From Chrysomallon squamiferum (lineage: Eukaryota; Animalia; Mollusca), in assembly GCA_012295275.1 (NCBI GenBank), contig CM022679.1, forward strand, positions 30,566,001-30,630,000: DNA of 64,000 nt, written 5' to 3'. Shown here in pieces: positions 28,790 through 44,589 of this stretch (within the stretch, counting starts at the first letter, position 1; each line of letters opens with the position of its first letter). Both the position numbers and the translations under genes were made by a program. The notes beneath the pieces were generated by a model that worked only from the letters and a program-made list of their open reading frames with translations, searched no databases and was not told the origin of the DNA.

Positions 28790-29115
28790 AGATTTCAAAA
28801 CATGGATGTATTTTTCAGTAAACAAGATCGTAATCAGATGTCTAAGTGGACAGGTGGGTACAAAAAGTACAAACTTCTGTTTAAAGCCACAAGAGATGGA
28901 TGTAGTGCTCCACTCAGCTGGAACTCTTCTGGATCATACACAAATCAAAATGATGCTTTTCTCTGTCAAACTGAGGTTCAAAGTAAATAACGCGCCTCAA
29001 ACTTTTCCCGTACTGGTTGGAAATGGAAAGTCTATGCACAATCATGCAAATTACATTTGGAGGAGGACATGATATGTATCTGTTAAACGTTACAATTAAC
29101 AAAAGCGGAAACTAT
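28790..29115 (+). pseudogene. Truncated IFI44-like TLDc exon relic
   Basis: AG|ATTTCAAAACATG start context and QDRNQMSKWTGGYKKYKLLFKATRDG, with internal deletions and frameshifts. Cut off at the start of the next duplication unit. Confidence 0.85.
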
Positions 29116-30591
29116 TGTTCAATACTTGTGCAAACACATTCGCTGTGCAATATATTCATTGTGCAAACACAATCAGTGTTGATTAAATTTGTAGTATCTA
29201 GATCACATGCTCCGTTCACGTGGGTATGAAATAGAAAACGAAGAAGAAAAAGAAATAAGAAATATCTGCTGGGAAAAAAAAGTATATATATATATATAAT
29301 AAAACAAAACAATACAAAAAAACAACAACAAAACAACAAACACACACACACACACACAGAAGAGACCCTCACACAAAAAAAAAAAAAGAAAAAAAAGAAA
29401 AAAGAACTACAAAAAACCAGTACAGCAACTGTAGTTGTAATAGCAGCAGCAGTAGTAGTATTAGTAAATGAAGTATATATCAGTAGCCGCAGCAGTAGAA
29501 GTTATAGCAGTGGCAACAGCACAATTAATAAAAGTAGTTGTAATTGTGGACATGTAGCTTTTATATTTATAAAGTAATTATATTTATTTTATTTCATTTA
29601 TTTATTTATTTAAAAGCAAAATATAGCTCTGCAGTTTTAAATGAAGGACGTATGTTGTAAGACTTAGAGATATTGCTATGCAAATACATTCGCTGTAGCA
29701 GATGGCCATACGATCCAGGAAGTCGTGTCAAACAGCCACTACAGTGAATCAATATTTCTTGGAAAAGGGAAAGGCTACATAGAAGTAACATTTTACTGAG
29801 AAAGTCATTTTCTTTTCTAAGAATAAGTCTGACATTAAAAAAGAGGAGAAAGACGATAAGAACAAGTGAAACTAGACGTTTAGGAAATCGCAGCGTTACT
29901 AACAAAGATAAAATAAAACGCTTTGTAATGCAGAACATATCACTGCAAATGTAAACGACGCTCATGTGTTGTGAAGTATGTGTGATAAAAATAGAAATGT
30001 TGCGTGGTAACTATGTGACATGAGCCACGTTTAACAGAGCGTGAACGAACATTAATGTTTCTTAGAAAAGGAAAAGCGAAAACACACGTAGTGTTTTACT
30101 AAGAAATTTGACTGGTGTCTCACATTAATAAAAAGGAGAAAAGACGAAAGGCACTAAGAACACGTCAAAGTAGAAGTTTAGGAAATCGCAGCTTTCGGGT
30201 AAGTACTAAGACAGATAAAACATATTGTGTTTTAACGTGTATCTATGTCTGTATTGAATAATTACATCAGGCAAAGTATACGGTATTTATTTATTTAAAT
30301 GCAGAACATATCACTGCAAATGTAAACGACGCCCATGTGTCGTATGCTACTTCCTGCTTCAGATAACCCATTTTCTATTATGAGATAATCTATTCACCTA
30401 TAAATGTCCGGAAAATTGTACTTGGCAGGGGAGCAAACAGTATTTACGTGAAAAGTCTACATTAATTACACCAGTGAAATTACCCAGTGGATTAAATCTC
30501 AGCTCCTCCGGCTTTTAGCCGCAAACTTTGACATCATTATACAGGTAACTCAAAACAATATAATATTTTCAATTAATCTTAGTGTGTGACC

Positions 30592-30722
<131 letters not shown>

Positions 30723-31058
30723 GGGAGATAAGTGATTTGTTACGGAATGACCCATATGTTGTCTATTGACGTAACTCGGCTGTAATCGATGCGCAAAGCA
30801 GGTTAAGCGATACATTATGTGTGTATGTTCATATATAGGTATGTAACTACTGTATTAACTTAACGTGACTATACATATCTGTAATTTGAATTTTTATTAT
30901 TAATGTAATGTAGTTAGTTTTCAATACATCGTACTACCATGAAGTATTTATAATCAGTTATTGAACAGTGAAATCCTAATATGACATGTACACGTTTGGT
31001 ATTCTGTACATAAAAAAGGAATATAAGACTTAACTGTTTATTTTACAGATTTCAAAAC

Positions 31059-32191
31059 ATGGCTGTATCTTTCAGTAAACAAGATCAGAATCAAATGTCC
31101 AAGTGGATAGGTGGGTACAAAAAGTACACACTTCTGTTTAAAGCCACAAGAGATGGGTGTAGTGCTCAGGTGTTTCACACTAAGTGTGACAATAAGGGTC
31201 CAACTGTGACAGTATGTTACAACACAGATCACTGTGTGTTTGGTGGATACAATCCACTCAGCTGGAATTCTTCCTCAGTATACACAAATCACAATGAGGC
31301 TTTTCTCTTCAAACTGAGGTACAAAGGAAATAACGCACCAGAGAAATTTCCAGTAAAGGTTGGCAATGGGAATTCTATGTACAATCACGCAAATTACGGA
31401 CCAACATTTGGAGGTGGACATGATATGTATCTGTTTAATGGTACAATTAATAAAAGCGGAAACTATTTTCAAGGAAATGGTTCCACAAATTTTGGGAATA
31501 GTTACAATATGAATAGCAAAACTGCAAATGACATCACCAACAGCAATCTGAAATTTCTGGATATAGAAGTGTACCAGGTGGAAGGTGGGTAAACATATAT
31601 TTCAAGACAAGAACTGAAGGAAAATGAAATGTAGACATTTAGGCTATTTATAAACATTTCTAAAGCAGTAACAATAGTAATAGTAGAAGAAGAGTACTAC
31701 TATTACTACTAATAATAATGAAACAGCAAATTCGGCAAATATTCAGTGATGACAATGAGTGAATGTCTATTTTTGTGCTTTTTCCGATGTAATTTGGTCT
31801 GTTTGTTTGTTGGTTTTGGGTTTTTTTCTCCGAGAAGATTAAATAAATGAAAATAAAGTAAATCAGTTTTAATTTAGTGTTTATTACATGTTGTCCTCCT
31901 CTGATATTTTGTGTTGTGGGTTTCCGAAAACATTAATATAAAGTAATTATAAGAATCTATTTTAACTTACAGATAGAAGAGGAAATCCAGAAGAACCATG
32001 GAGGAAAATACCAGACATTTCAGTCAATGTAATCTCTCTCCACCCTTAAACATCATAAATAATCTTCATAACAAACAGTATTTCTCTATTTCTGTTATAG
32101 AATTAGAGATTAGTCAATGAAATAAATCTCTGATATACGAGTTTGATATTTTCTGATTACGTTTGTTTATAGAACCTATATTTACGACTCC

Positions 32192-32222
<31 letters not shown>

Positions 32223-33307
32223 AGAGAAACTTTTCTCTAACATTTGATACTAAGAAGGAAGAAGAAAAAAAAAATTAAAAAAACTAAAAGATAAATCATT
32301 ATAACATTTTTAACTGCGCTGTCTTCATACACTAATAAACATATTTATTTTCTGTATTTATTTATCTATTTATTTATTTGACAGAAACTTAAAACGGAGC
32401 TAGACAAATACACGCCTGTCGAAGGGCTCGAAAAACAGTTCGTAAACATACTGCTGACAGGACTGGTTGGATCAGGAAAATCCAGTTTCTTTAACACGGT
32501 GAACTCTGTGTTCAGAGGTCGAGTTACAAGCAAAGCTAGAAGTGGTGGAGCAGAACACAGTTTGACTACAACGGTTTGTTTCTGTCAGATTGTAACTGTA
32601 ACAGTTTTGAACTCTAAAGTAATCTGGTTTTCTTCTTTTTCTGAAAGTAACTGAAGACCCATGTGATAAAATCTGTGTAACCCACTGAAATGTAAACCTT
32701 CTTATTTATTTCTTAATTCATAATGATCATTATCATGCTCTTCTTCTTCTTCTTCTTCTTCTTATTATTATTAATATTAATGGATATTTATTTATTTATT
32801 TTTTTATTGATTAGTTTCGAATGTACAAGATCAAATCTAAAGGCTCGACATATCCTCTCAAATTTCGACTGTGTGACACTCGAGGACTTGAAGAAGGTCA
32901 AGGACTGGACATTGTGGATCTCGTGTCACTGTTGGATGGTCATATTTCAGACGGATATGAGGTAAGGACAGACAGAAAACAGACAACTGCCGTTAGAAAT
33001 ACACTGCAACACTTGTATATACATAATTATATACTTTACTACAATATCAGGCTTAATAGCTAAAAATAATACAGGTGTAATCACAATTACTACTACTACT
33101 ATTACTACTATTACTACTGCTACTATTAGAACTTACTAATAATACAACTACTAATACTGCTCCTAATACCACTATTATTAATATTATTATAAATGTTGTT
33201 TCAATTGTTTGTGGCTTATGTTCTTATTGACTGTATAACTCGTATTTTTTTCTGGCTGTTATTGTTGAAGTTGTTATAATTATTATCATTCTTGTTGTGA
33301 GAATTAC

Positions 33308-33367
<60 letters not shown>

Positions 33368-34384
33368 AGTTGTTATTGTTTTTACAGTTTACGGTTTATT
33401 ATTGTTGTGAGAGTTACTATTACTCTTATTATTGTTGTTTTGGTTTTTACAGTTCAATCCATCTTTGTCTATAACCCCGGACAGTCACGGTTACAACAAA
33501 AGTCCTACGCTAGGAGATAAAATACACTGCATTGCTTTTGTCATCGACAGCTGCTCTTTGGATGTATTTCCTGACAGTCTGCTCGAAACTATAAAACGTT
33601 TTCAACAGAAGGCAAACCAAAGAGGTACAGGGAATAATAAACATAAATAAATTAAAAATTAAGTTGAATGAAAGTTGATTTTAGCAAACATCTTTTTAAA
33701 ATTTGGCAAACCATGGAATGACTAGTGCAAGACGAAATAACTGTATGGCTAATTTCAATGTTTGCAACATTAATTCGTATAAACGATAATAAATTAATAC
33801 AATTGTAATTAGTTACCTGTTAGTTATAGTGACAAGTACTGAAGACAATAAAAAAACTAAATGATTTCATTGCAATTAGGTACATCTTAATTGTATTAAC
33901 ATGTATACATGATAACAAATTTGTAAATGAATAAATTGTACCACTTTAATTAACTTAATATTATTTATATTTAAAGCTGTACAAGGTAATATCAGAATAA
34001 ATAGATATATGATATCACGTTAATTATTTACAAACTGGCAAATATAATAAATGAATAAATAAATATTATGATATCATTTTAATTACCTGCATGTTAATAT
34101 TGACAGGTATACCACAGGTGGTTCTTCTCACGAAGGTGGACAAACTTTGCCCTGAAGTCAGTGAAAATGCTGGAAATATATTTTTCAGTGATGCTGTCGC
34201 TGAAGCTGTCGAAGGAGTGTCCCAGTTGATAGCTCTGCCTCGGAGTCACATTTTCCCAATCCAGAATTACGAAAGTGAAATTGAGTTGAATGATAAAATC
34301 GATCTGCCTTGTCTGATAGCACTGAAACAGATGCTGTGTTTTGCTGATGATTATCTGGAAGATTATTTGGAAACACACGAGTAA
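31059..34384 (+). CDS. IFI44L: IFI44/IFI44L-like protein, soluble type, copy 2, 455 aa
   Basis: Exons 31059-31584, 31973-32028, 32385-32573, 32815-32961, 33453-33624, 34107-34384. Same exon lengths and motifs as copy 1; no disablements seen. Confidence 0.92.
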
Positions 34385-37300
34385 AAGATGTGTTCCTAAT
34401 CTTATATTCAGTGCAGTTTTGGACATTTTTAACATTTTATTTTATATGTTAACGCATTTGTTACTTTTTCTTTTGTTTGGTGGTGGTGAGGATAAACTGA
34501 AGGTGATCGTAAATTGCTTTAAAAAATATTATAAATCGTTTCTGATATTGTCTTGCAAACATTATAAGAGCAATTAATAGCGGTGAATAGTCAGTCACGA
34601 GCGATTTGTAAAGCTAAACCAGGAGGTTATTACTGTCAACGTTTTTGTCTGCTATGTTTTTCTCCAGTGCTTGCCTGTCTGTTTGAACTAGGAACACTAC
34701 GTCTTTAGCACCTTTACACATTTGATTTCAATAAATATGATGTCATAAATACGTTTGATGATTTACTGATGATTAAAAGACGCTTTACTTTTATGAATGC
34801 GTTTTTAATTGAATGGTCTTGAATTAACATAGAAGTATTTACTGTTTGTGTTATGTGTTACTAATATATATGAAGTAAAATAGATTTTATAACGTGTAAT
34901 CTCTATAAGTTCTTTAATCAGTGCTTTTATTTTCATCATCTTCATTAATATTGCTATTACTTTTGCCTTACTTAAAGCCTTTGAAGAATAAACATTTATG
35001 ACGTAACTACCATTGTTATTTTGTGTACTGTTTCTAATGAGTGTGAGTATATGTTTTTGTGGGGATATATGGTGTAATAGAAGGAAAAAAAAACCTCAAT
35101 AACCTGAAAATTCGATGTCTTCTTCAACAGAAGTTAGAGACAATTGAAATGAAAATGCATAAATAACACAAACGTTTGAAGATAAAAATAATTAACATAC
35201 AACAGAAAAAAAAAGCGTTAAAATCTTTTAACAAGGAGAAACAACACACACACACACACAATCTCACTATCTCTAATTCTCTGTATCTGTCAGATTTTAT
35301 GAATTTTTCCTCTCTTTTTTTCTCTGTGTGTTTCTCTCGCTGTTCATTGATCAGTTTAATCCATCTCATTTATAACAAATTATAGTTGATTCTTTAGTGT
35401 GGCTAGTACAATGGTTAATAACAATATCCTAACAAAGTAAAAACTATTGGAGAACAGTTTCTTTATCATTATTTTCTTGAAGATATATTTTAATACAGTC
35501 CTACGGTAAGGGATGTACTCTTGCTATATCAAACATAAAACAGTGTTGAAAATAATCCTCATCAGGAAGATTATTCGTTTAACTAGCAGAACCTATGAAA
35601 AAAGAGTAAGTATATATTATATACACAAATCAATGAGTAAAAGATTTATGCTGAAGGGGCAAAAATGTTCTTTCCCTATGCCAAAGTCGGCATCCTTCCC
35701 CTCTGTAACAACTATACTGTGTCAGTTTCCTTAACAAAACCAGCGGAGATATTTTTCACGTCTGATAATATCAATCAATAAAAACTATGTTCCTTTCACA
35801 GAAAAACGCAGACAGATCTATATTTCTTTCATTTCATAGGTAGACATTAAAACTGAATAAAACTAAAGTATCGATTTTACTAAAACGACGATGAAAACAA
35901 TTAAATTTGTCTAAGAAATTAACGGCTTTGCTTATCAGGTTTTTATCCGGAACTTCTCAAGCAGAAGGTAATAAAATAACAGGTAACAGGTGACATCACT
36001 TCATCTCTGATATTTACCGAGTGAACACTTTACCTTGACCGGTCCCACCCTACATATTCCCTAACTGCGAGGTTTAATCAAGGGTTTTATTTCTAAACGT
36101 ATTTATCACGTCACTTGCTACATTATAAGGTAACTGCATGGAAGACTGTATAATTTATTAGTGACATATGTAAAAAAAATTAGAAACAAAAGGGAAACAA
36201 TGAAACATTTTAGATGACACCTGGTACACAGGCTACACAAGTATACGCACCCATACCTGTCAGTGGGTGTGGTGACATTTATGGTTTGCAGTCGAAGATC
36301 ATCCAGAATGAAAAGTTATTTCATTTACCTTTTGAAAATATTACTGAGAACCTCGTATAAGCTTTCCAGTGACTTCTACACATTTGTAATAATTTAGTAA
36401 TGAAAAATCAGTTGATGTAATACATTTTTGTTCACAAAAATCATTAAGTAAGCAAACTCTTGGCATTTGAATACGTTATATATATTTAATATACAATATA
36501 ATACGGAGAGTAAATAAATGCATATCAGTTCAGAAGAGGACAATACAATGTACATTATAAATTAAAAACTCCTTTGCTTCTCAGTATGTAAATATTAGAA
36601 TTAAATTAAAAAACATTTTCAGTTCATAATTTAAGGAATAAAGTTATATTTTTTTAAAATATGAAATTAATTATTTCTCTGTAAGATGAAAGTTAGAACA
36701 TGAAAAAAACAAAAACAAAAAAAAACAAGAATTGTTTTGCAGCTGACCTATATTATAAATTTAATATTTAGAAGTTTATTCTGCATTAAAACAAAATACA
36801 CAAGTCTTATTTACGAGATGTTTATTGAACTCAGATGTGTAAAGACGAAGTGTTCTTGGTATAAACAGACACTGACAAAAAGCAGAGAAGAAAGAAAAGT
36901 TTACAGTAATTAGCGCTGTTTACATTGTATCAAGATTCAACTTTTCAAATCTGTTTGGGAATACTGAACTCTCTTCATCCATAACAATAAGAGAAAAACT
37001 ATCTAAAACATTTATGGATGCCAGTTACTCTACAGGAAAACAGAAATAAGGATAACAACAACAAGTACAACAATAACAATAATGTTTAGAAAGCAACTTA
37101 TTGGATGTGTTAATCCAACTAATTGAATTGATAGATGTTAAGCATCAGTGTTATTCATAAGAAAATATGTTCGTTTATGTTAAGTACATCCCTATCCGAT
37201 TATTTCTTCGAGCAAACCCTCAAACGTTTTAGGACAACTTAATGGACATAGACTTTACTTCCCTCACTAATTTATGAAATATATCTGCTTAGTTTGCATA

Positions 37301-37532
37301 TGAAATATAAACGGATCATCAGGCTAGATTTGGATACCCTTAATATATTCAAAATTCCGAACTGGTGAACTTATATTCTGTGTTCAGAAAATTAAAAATC
37401 CCTAACTGTACATTCATGCATTATGTTCGTCAGAAACTTCTCTCTTTTCGTTATTACGAAATAAATCTGAATTATTAGCAGTATTATAAGATATTAGTGT
37501 AAATAAATTTTACAACATATTCCAAGATGCTA

Positions 37533-39245
37533 CTAGTTAAGATCAAATTTCCAAGCTAACAGAAGTAACACAAAGACGATAACTATACTGCTTATAGTAA
37601 TAAAACCATAATGATGCACATCTTCTGTCCTTCCAAGGAAATTTTCCAGATAGACGTCACTGCCAGAGACATCATCTTTTTCTTTTTCTGTTTCTTCCAA
37701 GTAATCTTCGAGATAATCATCAGCAAAACACAGCATCTGTTTCAGTGCTATCAGACAAGGCAGATCGATTTTATCATTCAACTCAATTTCACTTTCGTAA
37801 TTCTGGATTGGGAAAATGTGACTCCGAGGCAGAGCTATCAATTGGGACGTTTTCCCAACAGCTTCAGCGACAGCATCACTGAAAAATATATTTTCAGCAT
37901 CTTCACTGACTTCAGGGCAAAGTTTGTCCACCTTCGTGAGAAGTAACACCTGTGGTATACCTGCCAATATTAACACGTACGTAATTAAAATGATATCATA
38001 TATTTATTTTTTGTCGTGTTTGTCTGTCAGTATAATTAATATGTAACTAATTAAAATGATACCGTATATTCATTTATGTTCGTATATACCTCTCAGTGTT
38101 TTGAATATGTAGCTAATTAAAGTGATAGCATTTGTTTATCTGTCTATACGAGTGAGTGCTGCAAAGATTCAAACAATCTGCAAAAATATTTTTCAAATTA
38201 CGTTCTGATTGACACCAATGACAGATGTAATCATGGGACAGCAAATTGTTGCCAAATTTTCAAAGATGTTTGAAAAAAATCGATTTTCATATTAGTTTTT
38301 GTATACATATATATGTGTGCATGGCTATACCTCTTTGGTTTGCCTTCTGTTGAAAATGTTTTATAGTTTCGAGCAGACTGTCAGGAAATACATCCAAAGA
38401 GCAGCTGTCGATGACAAAAGCAATGCAGTGTATTTTATCTCCTAATGTAGGACTTTTATTGTAACCGTGACTGTCCGGGGTTACAGACAAAGATGGATGG
38501 AACTGTAAAAAAAAAAAAAAAACAATAACGATAATAGTAGGAATACCAACTAGTACAACAGTATTACTAGTAACAACAAAACAACAACGCAAACAAGAAC
38601 AAAGATAACAGCTTTAACAATAAAAACTAGAACTAAATACAGATAATAGGAACACCAACCAGAACAACAACAACAACACCACCACGACCAGCACCGCCAC
38701 AACAATAACAACAACAACAACAGCAGCAGTACACGTAGTAGCAGTAATAGTAACACTAGTAGTAGTAGTAGTTGTTGTTAAATTTTGATTACACATTTAT
38801 TACTACTGGAAGTTCAGGCTGTTGTTATAGGAGAAGTATATAATTATGTATATATAAGTGTTGATGTGTTCTTACAATAGAGGTTGTCTGTCCTTCTGTC
38901 TGTCCTTACCTCATATCCGTCTGAAATATGACCATTCAAAAGTGACACGAGATCCACAATGTCGAGTCCTTGACCTTCTTCAAGTCCTCGAGTGTCACAC
39001 AGTCGAAATTTGAGAGGAGATCCCGAACTTTCAGATTTGATCTTGTACATTCGAAACTAACAAATAAATAAATAAATAAATAAATATGTAAATAAATAGA
39101 TAAACAAACAAATATCTATAGTTATCTTCACAAGAAGAAGAAACAGATTACTTCAGTGTTCAAACTTTCAGATTTGATCTTGTACATTCGAAACTAATAA
39201 ATAAATAATAAATAATAAATAAATAAATAGATAAATAAATATCCA

Positions 39246-39285
<40 letters not shown>

Positions 39286-40157
39286 GAAGAAGAAGAAGAA
39301 GACGAAGAGCATGATAATGACATTATGAATTAAGAAATAAATAAGAAGGTACACATTTCAGTGGGTTACACAGATTTTATCACATGGGTCTTCAGTTACC
39401 TTCAGAAAAAGAAGAAAACCAGATTACTTTAGAGTTCAAAACTGTTACAGTTACAATCTGACAGAAACAAACCGTTGTAGTCAAACTGTGTTCTGCTCCA
39501 CCACTTCTAGCCTTGCTTGTAACTCGACCTCTGAACACAGAGTTCACCGTGTTAAAGAAACTGGATTTTCCCGATCCAACCAGTCCTGTCAGCAGTATAT
39601 TTACGAACTGTTTTTCCAGTCCTTGTACAGGCGTGTATTTTTTTAGCTCCGTTTTCAGTATCTATTTGACAAGCAGACAGACAAATAAATAAATCATAAA
39701 TTGTTTAATACAGAAAGTTATTGTCAGATTTAAATATAATTAATATTTAGATGTCTGTTATAATTGTTGTATTTATTATCATAATCAATTTTCTCTGTGA
39801 ATATAGAGCACTGGTATGATAAGGTATCATAAATATTATAACTACTTCTAATTTGTTCTGAATTGTGAAATGATAAATGAAAACCCATAACAATGGCAAG
39901 ACTGTTTTCACAAACAAACGGAAAAGATAATGATCCTAAAGTTTTATTTCACCAGCTATCCATTGATTCTAGAGTAGAAACTAAACATGATGATATTTCT
40001 TATGAATGATTTTCATGACGTTTGATGGTTTAGACGAGATTACATTGACTGAAGCGTCTGGAATCTTTCGCCAAGGTTCTGGAATAGACTCTCTTCCGGG
40101 GACATCTGTAATTTAGAAAAGGTTCGTAGAATCGTTATTGTTATTGTTGTTGTTGAT

Positions 40158-40189
<32 letters not shown>

Positions 40190-40846
40190 AATTATTATTA
40201 TTGCTATTATTATTACTATCGTCATTATTATTATGGTAACTGATTGAGCAATATTTATAAATGACCGAAATTTATACATTTGAGTTTGTCAGTTGTAGTT
40301 TTCAAAAAAATACTTTTACCCACCTTCTACTTGGTACACCTCTATATCCAGAAAGTTCATATTATTGTTGGTGATGTCATATACAGATTTGTTGTTCATA
40401 CTGTAACTATTCCCAAACCGTGTGTAACCATTTCCTTTAAAATAGTTTCCTGTTTTATTCATTGTACCGCCAAAAACACACAAATCATATCCACTTCCAA
40501 ATACTGGCCCGTAGTTTCTCTAGTTATACATACAGTGGCTGTTTACTTTCACTGGGGAATTTTTCTGGTGCGTTATTTCCTTTGTACCTCAGTTTGAAGA
40601 GAAAAGCGTCATTGTGATTTGTGTATGATCCAGAAGAGTTCCAGCTGAGTGGATTGTATCCACCAAACACACAGTGATCTGTGTTATAACATACTGTCAC
40701 AGTTGGTCCCTTATTGTCACACTTACTGTGAAACACCTTAGCACTGCACCCATCTCTTGTGGTTTCAACAGAAGTTTGTACTTTTTATACCCACCTATCC
40801 ACTTAGACATCTGATTCTGATCTTCTTTACTGAAAGATACAGCCAT
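37533..40846 (-). pseudogene. IFI44-like TM-tailed gene with disabled TLDc exon but intact GTPase/TM exons
   Basis: Exons 40846-40324, 40105-40044, 39661-39473, 39056-38910, 38502-38331, 37960-37533. Exon 1 has a 1-nt deletion near 40762, a 1-nt insertion in the run at 40554-40557 and TAG at 40522-40520. The remaining exons are open with canonical splice sites; ends ...IVIVFVLLLLAWKFDLN. Confidence 0.82.
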
Positions 40847-42546
40847 GTTTTGAAATCTGTAAAATAAAGTTTAATTCTGTAAAATAAGCAGTTTATTAAT
40901 ATGTTATTCTTCACGTACTGAATACAAACACTGAATATCTCTATCTATAATATCACTATTCAACAACAGAAAATAAACAATGTGCATCTCATATTAGGAG
41001 GTCAACAACATAAAATTAACAGATACATATGTATACACACATGCTCGCGTATGCTTACACATACACACACATACACACACGCAAGCACATACAAACACAG
41101 TTTTCAAATTTGTTCGATACCTGAGCACTGCAAGTTTCCAAAGTAGTTGATGAATTGTCCTTGAGACTCGTAACGATTGTACTTTTACACAGCGGGCTCG
41201 ATAGTGTGACCTACTTACTGCAGTGAACGTTTAGATGATTAAGTCTTTATACACAGCGGTGCTGTTCTTATTATATTTTTCATAATTTCTCACCTTTTAT
41301 TTCTTCATGCTTTTTCGGGAAATTCTTCTTCTTCTTCTTCTTTTTAAAGTTTTACTGACAGGGTTGTCTCATATTCTGACAGCCTTCATATAAAAGTGCT
41401 TCAGTGTGGTAGGGATAATAGTAGTTTGCTGATAAAGTTTTATCTAAAGTAATGGTTTATCCTGTACACAGCTAGGCTGGATTAGTGCGCGGTAAAGAGG
41501 ATATGAAACTGTGTAGAAATACTTAATTTACTTCAAGATGACCAAGATATTTATGCTTTGTAAATAAGCGCAGGAACAAGGAAGAAAAAAACAATTAGTA
41601 ATAATTATATTAAAATAAAACAAATAAGAAAAAATATTAAAGTAAAAAGAATAAGGAAAAGTAATAAAATAAATAAATGAATGTATACGAAACAAATACA
41701 TAATAAATAAATAAATAAAAGTATTAAACAAAATATTCAATAGTATTAAAGTTTGGGTCACTGTAGTAATTGTGGTGCATCTAATTGTATTCATTTCATT
41801 TCATTTATTGATTTAAAAGGAAAATAAATCCATGAATATTTAAATGAAGGACATGTTGTAAGACTTAGAGATGTCACTACGCAAAAACATTCGCTGTAGC
41901 AACTGGTCACAGTGTCATGGTAAACGTGTTAAACAGCCAGTACAGTGAATCAAATTAATATTTCTTGGAAAAGAGAAAGACGACATAAAAGTGACATTTT
42001 ACTAAGAAAATAAATTTTTACTAAGAACAAATAGAACATTAAAAAAGAAGAGAAAAAGACGAATGTATGTGCATGATTGTGGTTAATATTGTTATCGGGC
42101 AAAGTACTTTAAGTCACATGCTATTCCGGCTTCAGGTAATCTATTTTGTATCATGAGATAAAACGTGTACTTTGTATCAGTTCGCATGTGAATGTCAGCA
42201 GGATTCTACCTGGCAGTCTAACTAAACGTACTTACGTGAAAATATTTGTTCATCATTTTACAGGTAATTAATATAACATTTTCATTAAAATTGAAGAGTG
42301 TGAGATTTCATTTTCATAACTTTTAATTCTGGAAACCATAAATCTAATAACCACTGACGCGGATGGGTGCGTGTATATGTGTAACCTGTTTAACATTAAC
42401 TTCCTAACACGGGATGCACACTGTCTGTATTCAGTTGTTGAATAGTGACATCCTAGAACGAGATATATATTATTTCTCTTTAATACATTTAAGAATAATT
42501 TCAGTATTAACTGTTTATTTTACAATATTAACTGTTTGCTTTATAG

Positions 42547-42662
42547 ATTTCAAAACATGGCTGTATTTTTCAGTAAAAAAGATCAGACTCAGAGGTCTAA
42601 GTACATAAGTGGATACAAAAATCACCAACATCTGTCTAAAGCCACAAAGGATGGATGTAGGC
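42547..42662 (+). pseudogene. Short IFI44-like exon-1 relic joined directly to intron 1
   Basis: MAVFFSKKDQTQRSKYISGYKNHQHLSKATKDGC jumps into intron-1 sequence gctatttataaacattt. Preceded by a diverged copy of the + gene upstream region (~41790-42540). Confidence 0.8.
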
Positions 42663-42900
42663 TATTTATAAACATTTCCAAAGCAGGAACAATAGTAATA
42701 GTAGAAGTAGAGAGTACTACTACTACTAATAATAATGAAACAAATTATTTAAAATATCATAACAAATTGAAATCAGGCAGTCGGATAATATACAGTGACG
42801 ACAATGAGTGAATAATAGTAATTTTGATAGTAGTAATAGAAGAAATTTAATAAAAAAAAATTCTACTAGTTTAATAGCAGTAATCGTAGTAGAACTAGTA

Positions 42901-42944
<44 letters not shown>

Positions 42945-44470
42945 CTTCATTTATTCGTGTGTTTAATTTCAATCCATTTATCTATAAATTTAAACGACAG
43001 GATATATTGTAAGACTTCAGTGATGTAGATAATGTAGTAATAACGTATAATAATTGTTCAATACCTGTGCAAACACATTCAGTGTGCAACATATTCACTG
43101 TGCAAACACATTCAGTGTTGATTAAATTCACTGTAGTATCTAGATCACATTCTCTGTTCACGTGGGTAAGAAAGAGAACACGAAGAAGAAAAAGAAATAG
43201 CAAATATCTGCTGGGAAAAAAGTATATATATATAAAAAACGAAACAAAACAAACAATAAACGAAAAAAACAACAACAACAAACACAACACACAAACAGAA
43301 GAAACCCCCCAAAAAAGAAGAAAAAAGTACAACAACTATAATAGTAGCAGTTGTAATAGCAGCAGCAGTAGTAGTAGTAGTAGTAGTAACTGAAGTAAGT
43401 ATCAGTAGCCGCTGCAGTAGAAGTTATAGCAGTGGCAGAAGCAGTAAGAGTACTAGTGGCAACAGCACAATTAATAATAGTAGTTGTAATTGTGGTACAT
43501 GTAATTATATTCATTTTATTTCATTTATTTATTTATTTAAAAGCAAAATATACCTCTGCAGTTTTAAATGAAGGACGTATGTTGTAAGACTTAGGGATGT
43601 TGCTATGCAAATACATTCGCTGTAGCAGATGCCCATACGATCCAGGAAGTCGTGTCAAACAGCCACTACAGTGAATCAATATTTCTTGGAAAAGGGAAAG
43701 GCTACATAGAAGTAACGTTTTACTGAGAAAGTCATTTTCTTTTCTAAGAAGAAGTCTGACATTAAAAAGAGGAGAAAGACGATAAGAACAAGTGAAACTA
43801 GACGTTTAGGAAATCGCAGCGTTACTAACAAAGATAAAATAAAACGCTTTGTAATGCAGAACATATCACTGCAAATATAAACGACGCCCACGTGTTGTGA
43901 AGTATGTGTGATAAAAATAGAAATGTTGCGTAGTAACTATGTGACATGAGCCACGTAGCCGTGTTAAACAGAACGTGAACGAACATTAATGTTTCATAGA
44001 AAAGGAAAAGCGAAAACACACGTAGTATTTTACAAAGAAATTCGACAGGTGTCTCACATTAATAAAAAGGAGAAAACACGAAAGGCATTAAGAACACGTC
44101 AAAGTGGAAGTTACGAAATCGCAGCTTTCGGGTAAGTACTAAGACAAATAAAACAAAATGTGTTTTAACGTGTATCTATGTCTGTATTGAATAATTACAT
44201 CAGGCATAGTGCTTTAGGTCATATGCTACTTTCTGCTTCAGATAACCCATTTTCTATTATGAGATAATCTATTCACCTATAAATGTCCGGAAAATTGTAG
44301 TTGGCAGGGGAGCAAACAGTATTTACGTGAAAAGTCTACATTAATTACACCAGTGAAATTACCCAGTGGATTAAATCTCAGCTCCTCCGGCTTTTAGCCG
44401 CAAACTTTGACATCATTATACAAGTAACCCAAAACAATATAATATTTTCAATTAATCTTAATGTGTGACC

Positions 44471-44589
<119 letters not shown>

